From a virus, in IMG/VR virus record IMGVR_UViG_3300041955_000531: 64,000 nt of DNA. One strand, given 5' to 3'. Shown piece by piece: positions 10,528-19,962 of this stretch. Within the stretch, counting starts at the first letter, position 1; each line of letters begins with the position of its first letter. The position numbers and the translations under genes were made by a program. Under the pieces are notes generated by a model. The model was given only the letters and a program-made list of their open reading frames with translations, was not told the origin of the DNA and made no database searches.

Positions 10528-10633
10528 CCTGCAACAAGCGGGTAAGGTAAAGCCTGGTCAGGTATTTGAGAAGTTTCTAACTACCCAGATCGGAGATATT
10601 TCTAAGGCAACGCCCTTCCGCGGACGCAGATAA
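10442..10633 (+). CDS. Small basic hypothetical protein overlapping the end of portal
   Basis: GAGG RBS then ATG at 10442 (MPKNQPKVAP..., 63 aa). It ends just before the AGGAGG RBS of the protease gene. Confidence 0.6.
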   Translation: MPKNQPKVAPTRDQKQSMMNGPLDKVMNNLQQAGKVKPGQVFEKFLTTQIGDISKATPFRGRR

Positions 10634-10644
10634 GGAGGCTCCCC

Positions 10645-13329
10645 ATGGGTCTCCTGTACATGCGAGACTTCGTTAACCTGAGGGTTAAAGAGGTTGACCG
10701 CAGCAAAAAGAACTTGGCTGAATGCCGAGATGATTCAGAGCCAACGGGTAAGTCCTTGCTTGTTAAAGTCGAGGCAACCCACTCTGGCATCGTAAACGGC
10801 AACCAGCGTTTCTACCGTCCGGACCGTATGCAAGACTCGGTCTACCGTTGGACGGAACCAGATAAGCCCCTAAAGCCAGTTCTGGTAGAGCATGACAAGG
10901 AACAGACCGCAATAGGTCGTATCCACCAGGCTCGCTATGTTGACCTCTCGCATAAGTACCGTATCGAGGTACCCGAGATCGGCAACATGTTGTTTTTCGC
11001 GGACGCTACAACAAAGCGTCTTGACCTGTATCGGTCAATCAATGTGGTTCTGGACAAGCTCCAGCCCCGTGAGGACTATAGAGGTCTAGGATTCATCGAG
11101 CTGGGGATGAAAATCACCAACCCTGATGGTATCCGAAAGGTGCTCACAGGTGAGTACCTTACAGTCTCGGTTGGTTTTCAAACTGACCAGGCCATTTGCT
11201 CCGCGTGCCATACCGATTGGGCTACTGACGACCGCTGCGAACACAAGCTTGGGGAACTGGTTGACGGCAAGAAGATGTTTCTTATCGCTGGCAACTTCTT
11301 CTACAAGGAAATGAGCTTCGTCAACTTCCCAGCCGACCCATTTGCTCAGGTTATCTCGAAGGAAATCCTCCAGGACAGCCTGAACAACAAGATGTTCTTC
11401 ATGGGTATGCGTCCCGAGCGCCAGACTAAACTCATGGCCTCGTTCGCAATGGCAGATAGCATTGACTTGGGAAAGATGTTCGAATCAGATATTCAGGTTG
11501 CGGACCCCGACATCAAGGACAGTGAGATGCTTGTTGAACTGCAGAGCTATCTAGACGAAATGAATAAGGCGCCTCTTTCAAAGGAGCGCGCAACAGAGAT
11601 CTCCGACAAGATCAAGGCATTGGACCCAAAGGAAGATGCCGAGAAGGAGATGGTGCGCAGGGTTTCAACAACTCTGAAGTCGCACATCCAGAAGCACGGT
11701 CTAGAGACCGTGGCTGACAAAAAGATTACGAAGGAACAGGTAGAAGCCAAAATAGAGGCTTTGATCCCGACCCTTCAGGATATGTCGGTTGAAGCGAGAA
11801 CTCACTATATAGCTCGCATCACCGAAGAGGCTAAGCAGTTTGAACTGGAAGTTCCAGCTATCGATGTCGAAAGCCTCACACCTTATCAGGATTGGAAGAT
11901 CGAAGAGCTGCCTGAGGATGAGCGCAGCTTCTTCGCGGACCCAGACGCCCTGTATGAACAAATGTTCACGAAGGCGGATAGCGAAGATGCTATCAAGGCT
12001 GAGGATGCTGAGTACGGTGAAATACTAACCGATGCTAAGCTATCCACTGAAAAGCGTAAGAGCCTTAAGGGTTCCGCTTTCTGTGGCCCGGGCCGTAGCT
12101 TCCCTGTTCCTGACTGTGCACACGTTACCGCTGCACGCCGTCTAATCGGCCGCGCGAAGGTAAGTGATGCAACTAAGTCCAAGATCCTTGGCTGCGTATC
12201 CCGCAAGGCTAAGGCAATGGGCTGCGAAAGTAAGAGCAAGAAGAAGGATGCAGATCCTATTCCAGTACTGACCGACTCGGTAAAGAATCTACTCGCCGAG
12301 CTTCACAAGGTCGAGCTCTTCTCTTTCGATGATGCAAAGGTTCCTGCAGATACACTGACTTGCCTGGACTCGCTCCACGGTCACTACCAGAAGGCTGATG
12401 ACCAAGGCAAGGGTGCAATGCGCTACGATCTATATGCCCATATGGGCAACTGGCAAGCCCAGTCGGATCGTGAATATGCTCACCAGCGTCTGACGGAGAT
12501 CGAAAAGGGTAATGAGAACAAAGACTCTATCCCTGACGTGATCCTGACGGATGCCGAGAAGAAGGCTCCTCTGATGACAGTGGGCGCCGGTCTCAAGAGT
12601 GAGATGGGCAAGGGTTTTGTGCCGACGGGTTGCTCGAGTTCCTACGAAGCACTCCACAAGGCACATGCAGCTGCTGACGCTGAGGGCAAGTCCCACATCG
12701 TTGGTGCGGCTGGCGCCCTCCTCGAACACTGGCATTCCGGATCCCTGCTTGAGTATCATCGCAAGCTGTTGGCTCCTGGGATGGCTCAGGGTGGAAAGGA
12801 TAGCGAAATCCTCCTGACGAAGGAAGAGCATGATACTCTGATCGTCGGTCAGGAAAAGCTCGAAGGTCAGCTGGCAGCAGTAAGAGCTGAAGTCGATGCT
12901 CTGCAGCAACAGAATACCGTACTGGTGAAGAGTCTCAAGAAGGACCGCGCCACCACATTAGTAGCAATCAAGGTGCTCACCGGAGAAGCAGGCTTCCAAG
13001 GTCTTACCGATGCCCAGATCACATCTAAGGTAGCGGAAAGAGAACAGCGTTCCCTGGCAAGCTTGAGAGATGCACTGGATGACGAGCTGGGTAAGCTGTC
13101 TGGCTTCACATTCCAGGGTGGAACATCAGCACCGACGCCCCAAGAGGCGGGTACGAAAGAAGTAGCCGACAAGGCGAAACTTAACCCAGATGGTTCTACA
13201 ACCGTGCAAGATAGCAAGGAGAAACCAACTCCTGCCGCACGTAAACTTCCAAAGGATCCAAAGGCTGCTTCAGCCATCTTGTTCTTCGAAGCGAAGACCA
13301 AGGACATTAAGCCAGCCCCAAAGGAGTAA
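10645..13329 (+). CDS. Prohead protease fused to a scaffold-like region
   Basis: N-terminal motifs ATHSG...NQRFY, KPVLVEHD...IGR, TVSVG...CSAC...CEH and EMSFVNFPAD; long charged coiled-coil C-terminus; lies between portal and capsid genes. Confidence 0.85.
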   Translation: MGLLYMRDFVNLRVKEVDRSKKNLAECRDDSEPTGKSLLVKVEATHSGIVNGNQRFYRPDRMQDSVYRWTEPDKPLKPVLVEHDKEQTAIGRIHQARYVDLSHKYRIEVPEIGNMLFFADATTKRLDLYRSINVVLDKLQPREDYRGLGFIELGMKITNPDGIRKVLTGEYLTVSVGFQTDQAICSACHTDWATDDRCEHKLGELVDGKKMFLIAGNFFYKEMSFVNFPADPFAQVISKEILQDSLNNKMFFMGMRPERQTKLMASFAMADSIDLGKMFESDIQVADPDIKDSEMLVELQSYLDEMNKAPLSKERATEISDKIKALDPKEDAEKEMVRRVSTTLKSHIQKHGLETVADKKITKEQVEAKIEALIPTLQDMSVEARTHYIARITEEAKQFELEVPAIDVESLTPYQDWKIEELPEDERSFFADPDALYEQMFTKADSEDAIKAEDAEYGEILTDAKLSTEKRKSLKGSAFCGPGRSFPVPDCAHVTAARRLIGRAKVSDATKSKILGCVSRKAKAMGCESKSKKKDADPIPVLTDSVKNLLAELHKVELFSFDDAKVPADTLTCLDSLHGHYQKADDQGKGAMRYDLYAHMGNWQAQSDREYAHQRLTEIEKGNENKDSIPDVILTDAEKKAPLMTVGAGLKSEMGKGFVPTGCSSSYEALHKAHAAADAEGKSHIVGAAGALLEHWHSGSLLEYHRKLLAPGMAQGGKDSEILLTKEEHDTLIVGQEKLEGQLAAVRAEVDALQQQNTVLVKSLKKDRATTLVAIKVLTGEAGFQGLTDAQITSKVAEREQRSLASLRDALDDELGKLSGFTFQGGTSAPTPQEAGTKEVADKAKLNPDGSTTVQDSKEKPTPAARKLPKDPKAASAILFFEAKTKDIKPAPKE

Positions 13330-13334
13330 TCTAA

Positions 13335-14834
13335 ATGTCTTTCGATATCAATAACAACTATCGTGGTACGCTCTACGGTCGCGATCGTTTGGGCTACACA
13401 ACTCCTGATGCCGATGCATCTGAGCCTCTCCGTCCGTTCCTTCCGGTCCCGTATCCAGCCCCCTGGCTGCCTGGCCGCCGTTTGGATGAAGGGCATCCAG
13501 TAGGCGCGCAGGTTGTGATCAGCTCGCACCAACTCGTCGGTCTCGACAAGTCTGGCGCCCTGGTTCCGGCCGGCTTGCTCTCCGGTACTCAGAACTCTTC
13601 GCAGATTCTGACTTCCAAGGGCCCGACCACTACTACCGCCAACGTTCTTGCTAGTGGTGTTAGCACGCTGACCTTGCTAGTATCTGAGTTCACACCTAGC
13701 GGTAACGTGTCGCCAAATACGACTACTGCTGCTACAGCATCGAACCTGTCGTTCAGCGCTGGTGATACGATTACGATCTCTGGTGTGACAACAGCTACAG
13801 GGCTCAATGGCGCTTATCAGCTGCTCAGCGCAGCTTACAACGGCTCCACAACCTGGACTCTGACATTTGCTGGCGGCGTATCTTCGGCTGCTGGTGCAAA
13901 CTTCGGTTCTGCAGTCATCCGCAACTATACTGGTTGCTACTGCGCAGTTCAGTACGGCCAGAATGACGTCGGTTTCGCACGCAACGTTGCAACTGGTAAT
14001 CCAGTGGCAGCTGCTGGTGAATACGAAGTTATCGCTGCTCCTTCTGATGCTGTTGCCGGCGACATTATCGTCTTCCCAGACGGCAATGTGATCACCGTCG
14101 CTGCTGGCGACGTGACATTTGGTCAGGCTTGCAACGTGATCCCGAACAGTGTTGCTCGCCCGATCGGCTACGCAGTTCGCAACGTCTTCCAGTTCCTCGG
14201 TGGTGTGAACCTGCTCTCCGCAACCGGCGGTGTGTTCTATACCTTGGAATCAATGGTTCCTCTTCAGTTCCGTGTTCACAACTACATGCATGAAATGGGC
14301 ACTGCAATCCAGACCCACTTTGTGCTCCGTATGCCTTGGATTGGCGCCAGCCCAACAGCTCTACAGGGCTATGCTACCCAGGACGGTATCTCCGGATACG
14401 TTCAGACGGACTTCGGCCGTAGCTTCGTTCACTGCACCGGTGGCACAGCAGGCAATCCATACGCCCTCAACGGCCTGTCGGTTGTTCCTAGCCGCCTCGG
14501 CTCTGGTACAGATGCTGGCAACTATTCCTTCTACAACTCCGCAGTCAACGGTTTTGACGAGATCTGCGGCCGCGTAATCGGTGTGGAAAGCCTGTATCCA
14601 ATCCGTGACTTCGCAAACCGCGTTCGTACACAGTTTGAGCGCGCGACGGAAGCTGTTGGTCCTTTTACAACCAAGACACCTTCAATCGGTCAGCTTGGTG
14701 GTTCGGCAACCCGCGGTATGGATTACATGGTCAACCTGACAAACGACGGTATCCTCCGCCTTGCCTCTGACCAGAATAAGACCATCCGTCCGGAATACGC
14801 AACGTACGTTTACATTCACTTCCTGGCTCGCTAA
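13335..14834 (+). CDS. Capsid decoration/cement protein with an inserted beta domain
   Basis: 499 aa between protease and MCP; LVGLDKSGALVPAG motif; insert AGDTITISGVT...LNGAYQL. Confidence 0.65.
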   Translation: MSFDINNNYRGTLYGRDRLGYTTPDADASEPLRPFLPVPYPAPWLPGRRLDEGHPVGAQVVISSHQLVGLDKSGALVPAGLLSGTQNSSQILTSKGPTTTTANVLASGVSTLTLLVSEFTPSGNVSPNTTTAATASNLSFSAGDTITISGVTTATGLNGAYQLLSAAYNGSTTWTLTFAGGVSSAAGANFGSAVIRNYTGCYCAVQYGQNDVGFARNVATGNPVAAAGEYEVIAAPSDAVAGDIIVFPDGNVITVAAGDVTFGQACNVIPNSVARPIGYAVRNVFQFLGGVNLLSATGGVFYTLESMVPLQFRVHNYMHEMGTAIQTHFVLRMPWIGASPTALQGYATQDGISGYVQTDFGRSFVHCTGGTAGNPYALNGLSVVPSRLGSGTDAGNYSFYNSAVNGFDEICGRVIGVESLYPIRDFANRVRTQFERATEAVGPFTTKTPSIGQLGGSATRGMDYMVNLTNDGILRLASDQNKTIRPEYATYVYIHFLAR

Positions 14835-14877
14835 AAACGGGTCAGGAAGTACCTTTATCTGGGCCCTGTGAGGACCT

Positions 14878-15099
14878 ATGCGTCTCTTAACGTTCATCAC
14901 CAAGGGGAAAGCTGTAATACAAGGCGACTCCCTGAGATGTGCAGCCCCCAGGGCCAATGATAGTCGTAGATCTTGCAATAAACTGCTCGCTAAGAAAAAT
15001 GAGCAGGGTCAAATCGCTGGCAACTTTCGGTGTGAGAGATGCCACCAAGAAATAGAAGTAAAACTCGCACCGGCTAGGGAAGACTTAGCCAAGTCTTAA
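14878..15099 (+). CDS. Com-family (phage Mu Com-like) zinc-ribbon regulator
   Basis: RC...CNKLLAK...FRCERC matches the Com pattern RCxxCNKLL...IRCPRC, with a longer first knuckle; GAGG RBS. Confidence 0.7.
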   Translation: MRLLTFITKGKAVIQGDSLRCAAPRANDSRRSCNKLLAKKNEQGQIAGNFRCERCHQEIEVKLAPAREDLAKS

Positions 15100-15135
15100 G
15101 AGATTCAAAGTAATCCTATCTCATTTGGAGAAATC

Positions 15136-16500
15136 ATGGCCAAGAACGTAAAACTCGAACAGCCCGACTGGAACGATGCTCAAGTCAAGACAGACTTGGT
15201 GCGTGTAGAAACAATCTTCCGTACCGGCGGCTTTGACCCAGTCGAGAACAAGAAAATCTCGATGAAGGACGCGTTGGATATCCCGAACGCAGCCTTCCTT
15301 ATCCCGCGCGTTCTGACTACCTTCGTCCAAGAAGGTATCGAACCGATGCTGATCGGGACTAGCCTGCTCCAGCGCGTTGACTACGTGCCTGGCATGCAGA
15401 CGGTCTTCCCAGCTATCGACGTCCTCACAGCTCGTGAGGTCGGCGATGGGATGGCACTACCCATCTTCAACATTAACGTTGGCGGTGCACAGACCTTTGG
15501 TGTGACAGTCAAGCGTCACGGCCTTGCTCTGCGCATTAGCGAGCGCTTCGTGGAACAGTCCACCTACCCGTGGATCCAGTACTGGATGCGTCTTGCCGGC
15601 AACGCGCTTGCCCGTCACAAGGAAGAGTTCATCTTCAACTTCATTACCGGCCTCGGCACGGTGATCTTTGATAACAGCCCGGCAGCTCGTGCGGCAACGT
15701 CGACTGTCCAGCCAATCAAGGGTATCACTACCGGCCGTAACCTGAAGGGTCAGTTCAACGGCTCAATGACCGCTGACGACGTGTACGACATGTACGCCCA
15801 GGTCCTCATGCAGGGTTTCATCCCTGACATGATGCTCATTCACCCGATGTCTTGGCTGCAATGGGTAAAGGACCCTGTGTTGCGCGAGTTCGCTATCCAA
15901 GCTGGCGGTGGTTCGTTCTTCGCCCAGTTCACTGGTAAGCCGAACGAGTTCGCAAACCCGTTCTTCAACTATGGTAACCTCGGCTTCGGTCAAGGTCAGA
16001 CAGGACAGTTCACCCAGGGTACTCAGACTGGTGGTCAGACAGCTACATCAGCTGGCTTGCCTCAGACTCAGAAGTCTGGTCCAACGCTTCCTAACTACCT
16101 CGGCCTGCCGTTCCGTATCGTAGTTAGCCCATTCATGAGCTTCGACCCGATCAACCGTGTCGTTGATACTCTCCTCTTCAATAGCCAGAACCTTGGCGCC
16201 TTGATCGTGGACCAGGATCCTCATGTCAACTCTTGGGACGACCCAATGTACGATCTGCGTAATATCGGAATCGAAGAGTCCTATGGCTTCGGTATCCTGA
16301 ACGAAGGTCAGGCAATCGGTGTCGCAAAGAACGTTAAGCTCCGCCCGAACGAAATCGTTCTGCCGGCTCGCTCCATCATGGATATCGGTGTTCAACAGTC
16401 TGCAGGCAACTTCCAGACTTACGAGAACGTCACGATCTTTGGTGCAGGCGCAATCGATCCAACTGCTGCAAACCTGTCGGATCTCCCAACAACCGACTAA
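15136..16500 (+). CDS. Major capsid protein (HK97 fold)
   Basis: 454 aa with FLIPRV, KRHGLALRISE, ALARHKEE, PDMMLIHPMSW, IVVSPF and ESYGFGILNEGQAI; strongly biased codon use; followed by a terminator-like structure. Confidence 0.9.
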   Translation: MAKNVKLEQPDWNDAQVKTDLVRVETIFRTGGFDPVENKKISMKDALDIPNAAFLIPRVLTTFVQEGIEPMLIGTSLLQRVDYVPGMQTVFPAIDVLTAREVGDGMALPIFNINVGGAQTFGVTVKRHGLALRISERFVEQSTYPWIQYWMRLAGNALARHKEEFIFNFITGLGTVIFDNSPAARAATSTVQPIKGITTGRNLKGQFNGSMTADDVYDMYAQVLMQGFIPDMMLIHPMSWLQWVKDPVLREFAIQAGGGSFFAQFTGKPNEFANPFFNYGNLGFGQGQTGQFTQGTQTGGQTATSAGLPQTQKSGPTLPNYLGLPFRIVVSPFMSFDPINRVVDTLLFNSQNLGALIVDQDPHVNSWDDPMYDLRNIGIEESYGFGILNEGQAIGVAKNVKLRPNEIVLPARSIMDIGVQQSAGNFQTYENVTIFGAGAIDPTAANLSDLPTTD

Positions 16501-16549
16501 TCGGTTGGCGGCTTGAGCAATATATTAGGGCAGCCTAGCTGTCCGCACT

Positions 16550-16615
16550 GAGGGTGGCCCGGTTATAGGCTCGGGAGACCGGGCCGAAAGAGCTGGACCA
16601 CCCTCTTTGTGTTTT
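16550..16615 (+). terminator. Branched stem-loop plus T-rich tract after the MCP gene
   Basis: GAGGGTGG (16550-57) pairs with CCACCCTC (16598-605); inner GGCCCGGT pairs with ACCGGGCC; followed by TTTGTGTTTT. Confidence 0.6.
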
Positions 16616-16656
16616 GGTTTACAATCAACTAGAGTTACCCTAAAAGAGGATTACAC

Positions 16657-18318
16657 ATGTCTCTCACGATTACAGTTCCCTTGAACAACGGCGACGGTTC
16701 AATCGCCTCCTTCGAGCTCACTCTGCCCGTCGGTGCTCCGGCTGGCAAGTATGCCTGGACTAGCAGCGTAGTAGGCACAGGTACGGTTACAGCTCGCAAT
16801 GATGGGCGCAGCGCGCTCTTCACACCAGTTGCTGTCAATAGCAGCACTGCTACAGTCATCACCGCAACGGTCAAGAATGCTCTTGGCGTTACAGCTGGCT
16901 GGCAACCTGGAAAGCTCTACTTCTTGAGTGATACGATCCTTGATTCCAATGGACACGTTCAACAGGTAAGCGCTGCAACCAAGTTCGTTCCTACTCGCTA
17001 TACTCCTAATGCCGGCTTCATCCCGGGCTCTGTCTCCCTGGTCCTGACGGGCGGTTCTGCTGCCAGCTCGACTGGTCAGGTTGCTATCACTGGCATTTCG
17101 GCATCCGTTCCTAGCACATTCGCGGCTGGACAGCCTGTAACTATTGCTGGTATGACAGGTGCAGTTGCATCTTTGAATGGTACCTGGACGCTGCTTGCTG
17201 TGGGTGCAAACAACATCACCATCAGCTACAACGGTGCTGCAGTCAGTGCTTCCGTTACGGCAGCCAGCACGGCTTATGTTCCTGGTGATGCCCTTATTTC
17301 TTCTCTTGCTGAAGGTGATCAAGGCCTTTTCAATGGTAACTATCAGTACGGTTTAGTACTGAACCAAGGTCAAGGTACGAATGGTGACTGGCCAGCTGGC
17401 GCCATTGCAGCCAACTCTGGCAACATCAAGACTCCTTATCCAACATCGTCAGCTAGTGTTTCTTTCACAGCTTGTGGTTATTCCAGTGGTGGATCCATTG
17501 GTAAGTTGGCTCATCCTTTCCTGTCTAGCTCCGATACAGGTACAGCTGGTATCAGCACTCCTGTCCCGATCGTTCCTTGGCTGCCGTACCACAACTACGC
17601 GCTTGGATTCCAGATCATTGATGAGAACGGTAACGTTCAGCAGGTTCTTAAGGCTGGTACTTCCGGAACTCAATACCCTGCTTTCTCGTTAAGCTCCACG
17701 ACTACGGATGGTACAGTAACCTGGAAGTACATCAGTGCAGCTACTCTGGGCTATTCGAATGTCAGTGTAACTGAGATCGCAAAGTACTCTGAAGTAGGCC
17801 CTGGTGCTCTGGGTTCGTTTGCAGTGACTGCCGCACTAAATGCGACAACCGCCGGAGTAACCCGTTATGCGGTTACAGGACTTCCATCAGCAGCTGCTTC
17901 AAACGGCTATGCTGGTTATGTTTTCACGGTTGCTGGCGATACAGTGGATGCAGGTAACAACGGAGTCTTCATCTGCACTGCGTCGACTACTACTTACCTC
18001 TATTTGGCTAACACAGGCGGTGTTACGCACTCCTTTACGGGAACTGCTGTTAACTCTGGTCTGCGTGCTTATGTTGACGGAGCTGGACTGGTACACGTTG
18101 GTTGGGTAACACAGGTCGGTGAAGTTCAGTTTGCTGAGCCTGCAGCTACAACCCCTGCCTTCAGTACAGGTGGTGGCACAGTAACCGACGGTGACTTGAC
18201 TTGGCATGATCTGGGTAATGGTGGTGGTGTCATTACTACTACGACATACAATGGTCTGTCAATCGTGATTGCCGCGGGTGCTCAACCGGTTCCATATAAC
18301 ACCTTCTCAGTTCTATAA
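16657..18318 (+). CDS. Virion decoration protein with nested beta modules
   Basis: 553 aa, G/T/S/A-rich; contains W-x5-Y...D-x-NG-x-VQ...TDGxxTW modules; GAGGA RBS. Confidence 0.65.
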   Translation: MSLTITVPLNNGDGSIASFELTLPVGAPAGKYAWTSSVVGTGTVTARNDGRSALFTPVAVNSSTATVITATVKNALGVTAGWQPGKLYFLSDTILDSNGHVQQVSAATKFVPTRYTPNAGFIPGSVSLVLTGGSAASSTGQVAITGISASVPSTFAAGQPVTIAGMTGAVASLNGTWTLLAVGANNITISYNGAAVSASVTAASTAYVPGDALISSLAEGDQGLFNGNYQYGLVLNQGQGTNGDWPAGAIAANSGNIKTPYPTSSASVSFTACGYSSGGSIGKLAHPFLSSSDTGTAGISTPVPIVPWLPYHNYALGFQIIDENGNVQQVLKAGTSGTQYPAFSLSSTTTDGTVTWKYISAATLGYSNVSVTEIAKYSEVGPGALGSFAVTAALNATTAGVTRYAVTGLPSAAASNGYAGYVFTVAGDTVDAGNNGVFICTASTTTYLYLANTGGVTHSFTGTAVNSGLRAYVDGAGLVHVGWVTQVGEVQFAEPAATTPAFSTGGGTVTDGDLTWHDLGNGGGVITTTTYNGLSIVIAAGAQPVPYNTFSVL

Positions 18319-18351
18319 TCTGAATGCTTGTTAGCGACCCCAGGAGGTCCT

Positions 18352-18825
18352 ATGGCAAAGATCATCGAGTTTCCAGTTACCCCAGACTATACTGGGAAGA
18401 TGGTGGCAGTCTCTCCAGAGACTCCTCTTACTCGTTTCCAGTGCCGGGGTTTCGTGGTATTTCGAAAGACTCCGCAGGTTGTACCTCCTGAAGCCGACAT
18501 GGCTTCTATTCATCATGCTATCTTGGATGGTCGGCTCCTCGAGTTGGCGCCAGGAACTGGCATAACATCCAAGAATGCCCAAGCTTCTCCCGCGGGCGAA
18601 CTTGGCGATACCGATTTGAAAATCTACACTCTTCAGACAAATGAGGGTGTAGTTGTGTTAACTCCAGAATCGCCAGAGCAGGCAGCGCAGATCGAGAAAG
18701 AGTTGCAGGACACAGGGCATCTCATATTGGCCAACTACCCGAACTTGCAGACCAAGAAGCAGGTTCAGCCTCATCTTACGGCGATTACGATCACCGAACT
18801 GGAACCAGAGCCTGAGAGTGCCTAA
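18352..18825 (+). CDS. Hypothetical protein
   Basis: AGGAGG RBS then ATG at 18352 (MAKIIEFP...) inside ORF 18328-18825. Confidence 0.7.
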   Translation: MAKIIEFPVTPDYTGKMVAVSPETPLTRFQCRGFVVFRKTPQVVPPEADMASIHHAILDGRLLELAPGTGITSKNAQASPAGELGDTDLKIYTLQTNEGVVVLTPESPEQAAQIEKELQDTGHLILANYPNLQTKKQVQPHLTAITITELEPEPESA

Positions 18826-19922
18826 TGCCTAACCCGACCATAGTAAGCGTTACTCCTGTACCAAATGCAACTGACGTTGTGTTGGGTTCATCGATCGTTG
18901 TTACCTTTTCTGAACCTATCGATACGGATTCGTACAATAACGCTACTTTTGTCCTCACTGGCCCTCTCCTCGCCACGATCGTAACCGATCAACAACTCAT
19001 AGAATATAACCCGAAGCCTTCACAAGGCCGCGGCTATATTCTCGGCAGTTTCAACTTCTCTACCAAAACCTACCAGCCCTGGCAGCCTTTCACGGTATAC
19101 ACCCTGAATGCACAGGTGGTAGACAGCAACGGAAACGTACAAACGATAGTCGAGCCTGGCGAATCTTCGCCATATGCGCCGGCATGGTTGACCACACCTG
19201 GAGCTTCCACTGTGGACAATAACATCCCGCAATGGCAAGCAGACCAGGCTATTTCTTTTGGTAGCTACATTGTCGATCCCAATCAGAATCTCCAGAAGTG
19301 CACAGTATCGGTTGGAGGTACGACTGGAACTACTCCTCCTGTCTGGAACAAGACTTTGCATGGTGTCACATTCGATGGCAGTGTAACCTGGACTGCAGTT
19401 CAAGTTCCAGTGGATGGCGGTCCTATTTGGATGAACGGTGGTGTGGCTAACAGTGGCCAGACTGTCGCTACATTCACTCCGTCCAAGCCGATGCTGCCAG
19501 GCACGATTTACACAGTTCTCGTGGTGGGGTCGGACTCTACACTCGCCAACACCTACGTTCATGACCTCTCTGGTAATCCACTCCTTCACTCCTACCAGTG
19601 GTCATTTACAACGGGTACTTTGAACCTCTCGGTTCCTCCTACACAGAATCCGACCCTTCCGCCCAAGACTTATCTCCAACCCAGCCAGGTGATTGTTGTT
19701 CCTCGTCCGCCAGTTGGAGTAGATGACCCTTCTGTGAGCAGTGTGACAACTATCGAGTTGATATTCCCTGCTCCAATCGACACTAACAGCTTCGACCCTT
19801 CTCAGTTACTTGTCGGAGTTGAGCCCATCATGAATGACCCTGACGTGATGGTGAACTATGGAGCCAACGCTTCATACATTGTCCAGGGCAATAAAATCAT
19901 TGTAACTGTGACAGGTGTATAA
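18825..19922 (+). CDS. Ig-like (SbsA/Big_5-type) domain virion protein
   Basis: PTIVSVTP..NATDV...IVVTFSEPID and FTP...PGTIYTV...DLSGNPL...WSFTTG are the two halves of a Big_5-like domain. Confidence 0.75.
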   Translation: MPNPTIVSVTPVPNATDVVLGSSIVVTFSEPIDTDSYNNATFVLTGPLLATIVTDQQLIEYNPKPSQGRGYILGSFNFSTKTYQPWQPFTVYTLNAQVVDSNGNVQTIVEPGESSPYAPAWLTTPGASTVDNNIPQWQADQAISFGSYIVDPNQNLQKCTVSVGGTTGTTPPVWNKTLHGVTFDGSVTWTAVQVPVDGGPIWMNGGVANSGQTVATFTPSKPMLPGTIYTVLVVGSDSTLANTYVHDLSGNPLLHSYQWSFTTGTLNLSVPPTQNPTLPPKTYLQPSQVIVVPRPPVGVDDPSVSSVTTIELIFPAPIDTNSFDPSQLLVGVEPIMNDPDVMVNYGANASYIVQGNKIIVTVTGV

Positions 19923-19962
19923 ATGGCTGATTGCGTTAAACCCATGAGTTCAGAGGTTCTTG

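Noticed and set aside
4224-16500. Inteins or introns in terminase, portal or capsid genes
   Set aside because: The ORFs are continuous, with no intein splice motifs or LAGLIDADG blocks seen.
16535-16597. Hammerhead ribozyme (CTGAGGG...stem...GAAA)
   Set aside because: The core deviates from CUGANGA, there is an extra base before stem II, and there is no room for stem I. Kept only as a generic structured element.
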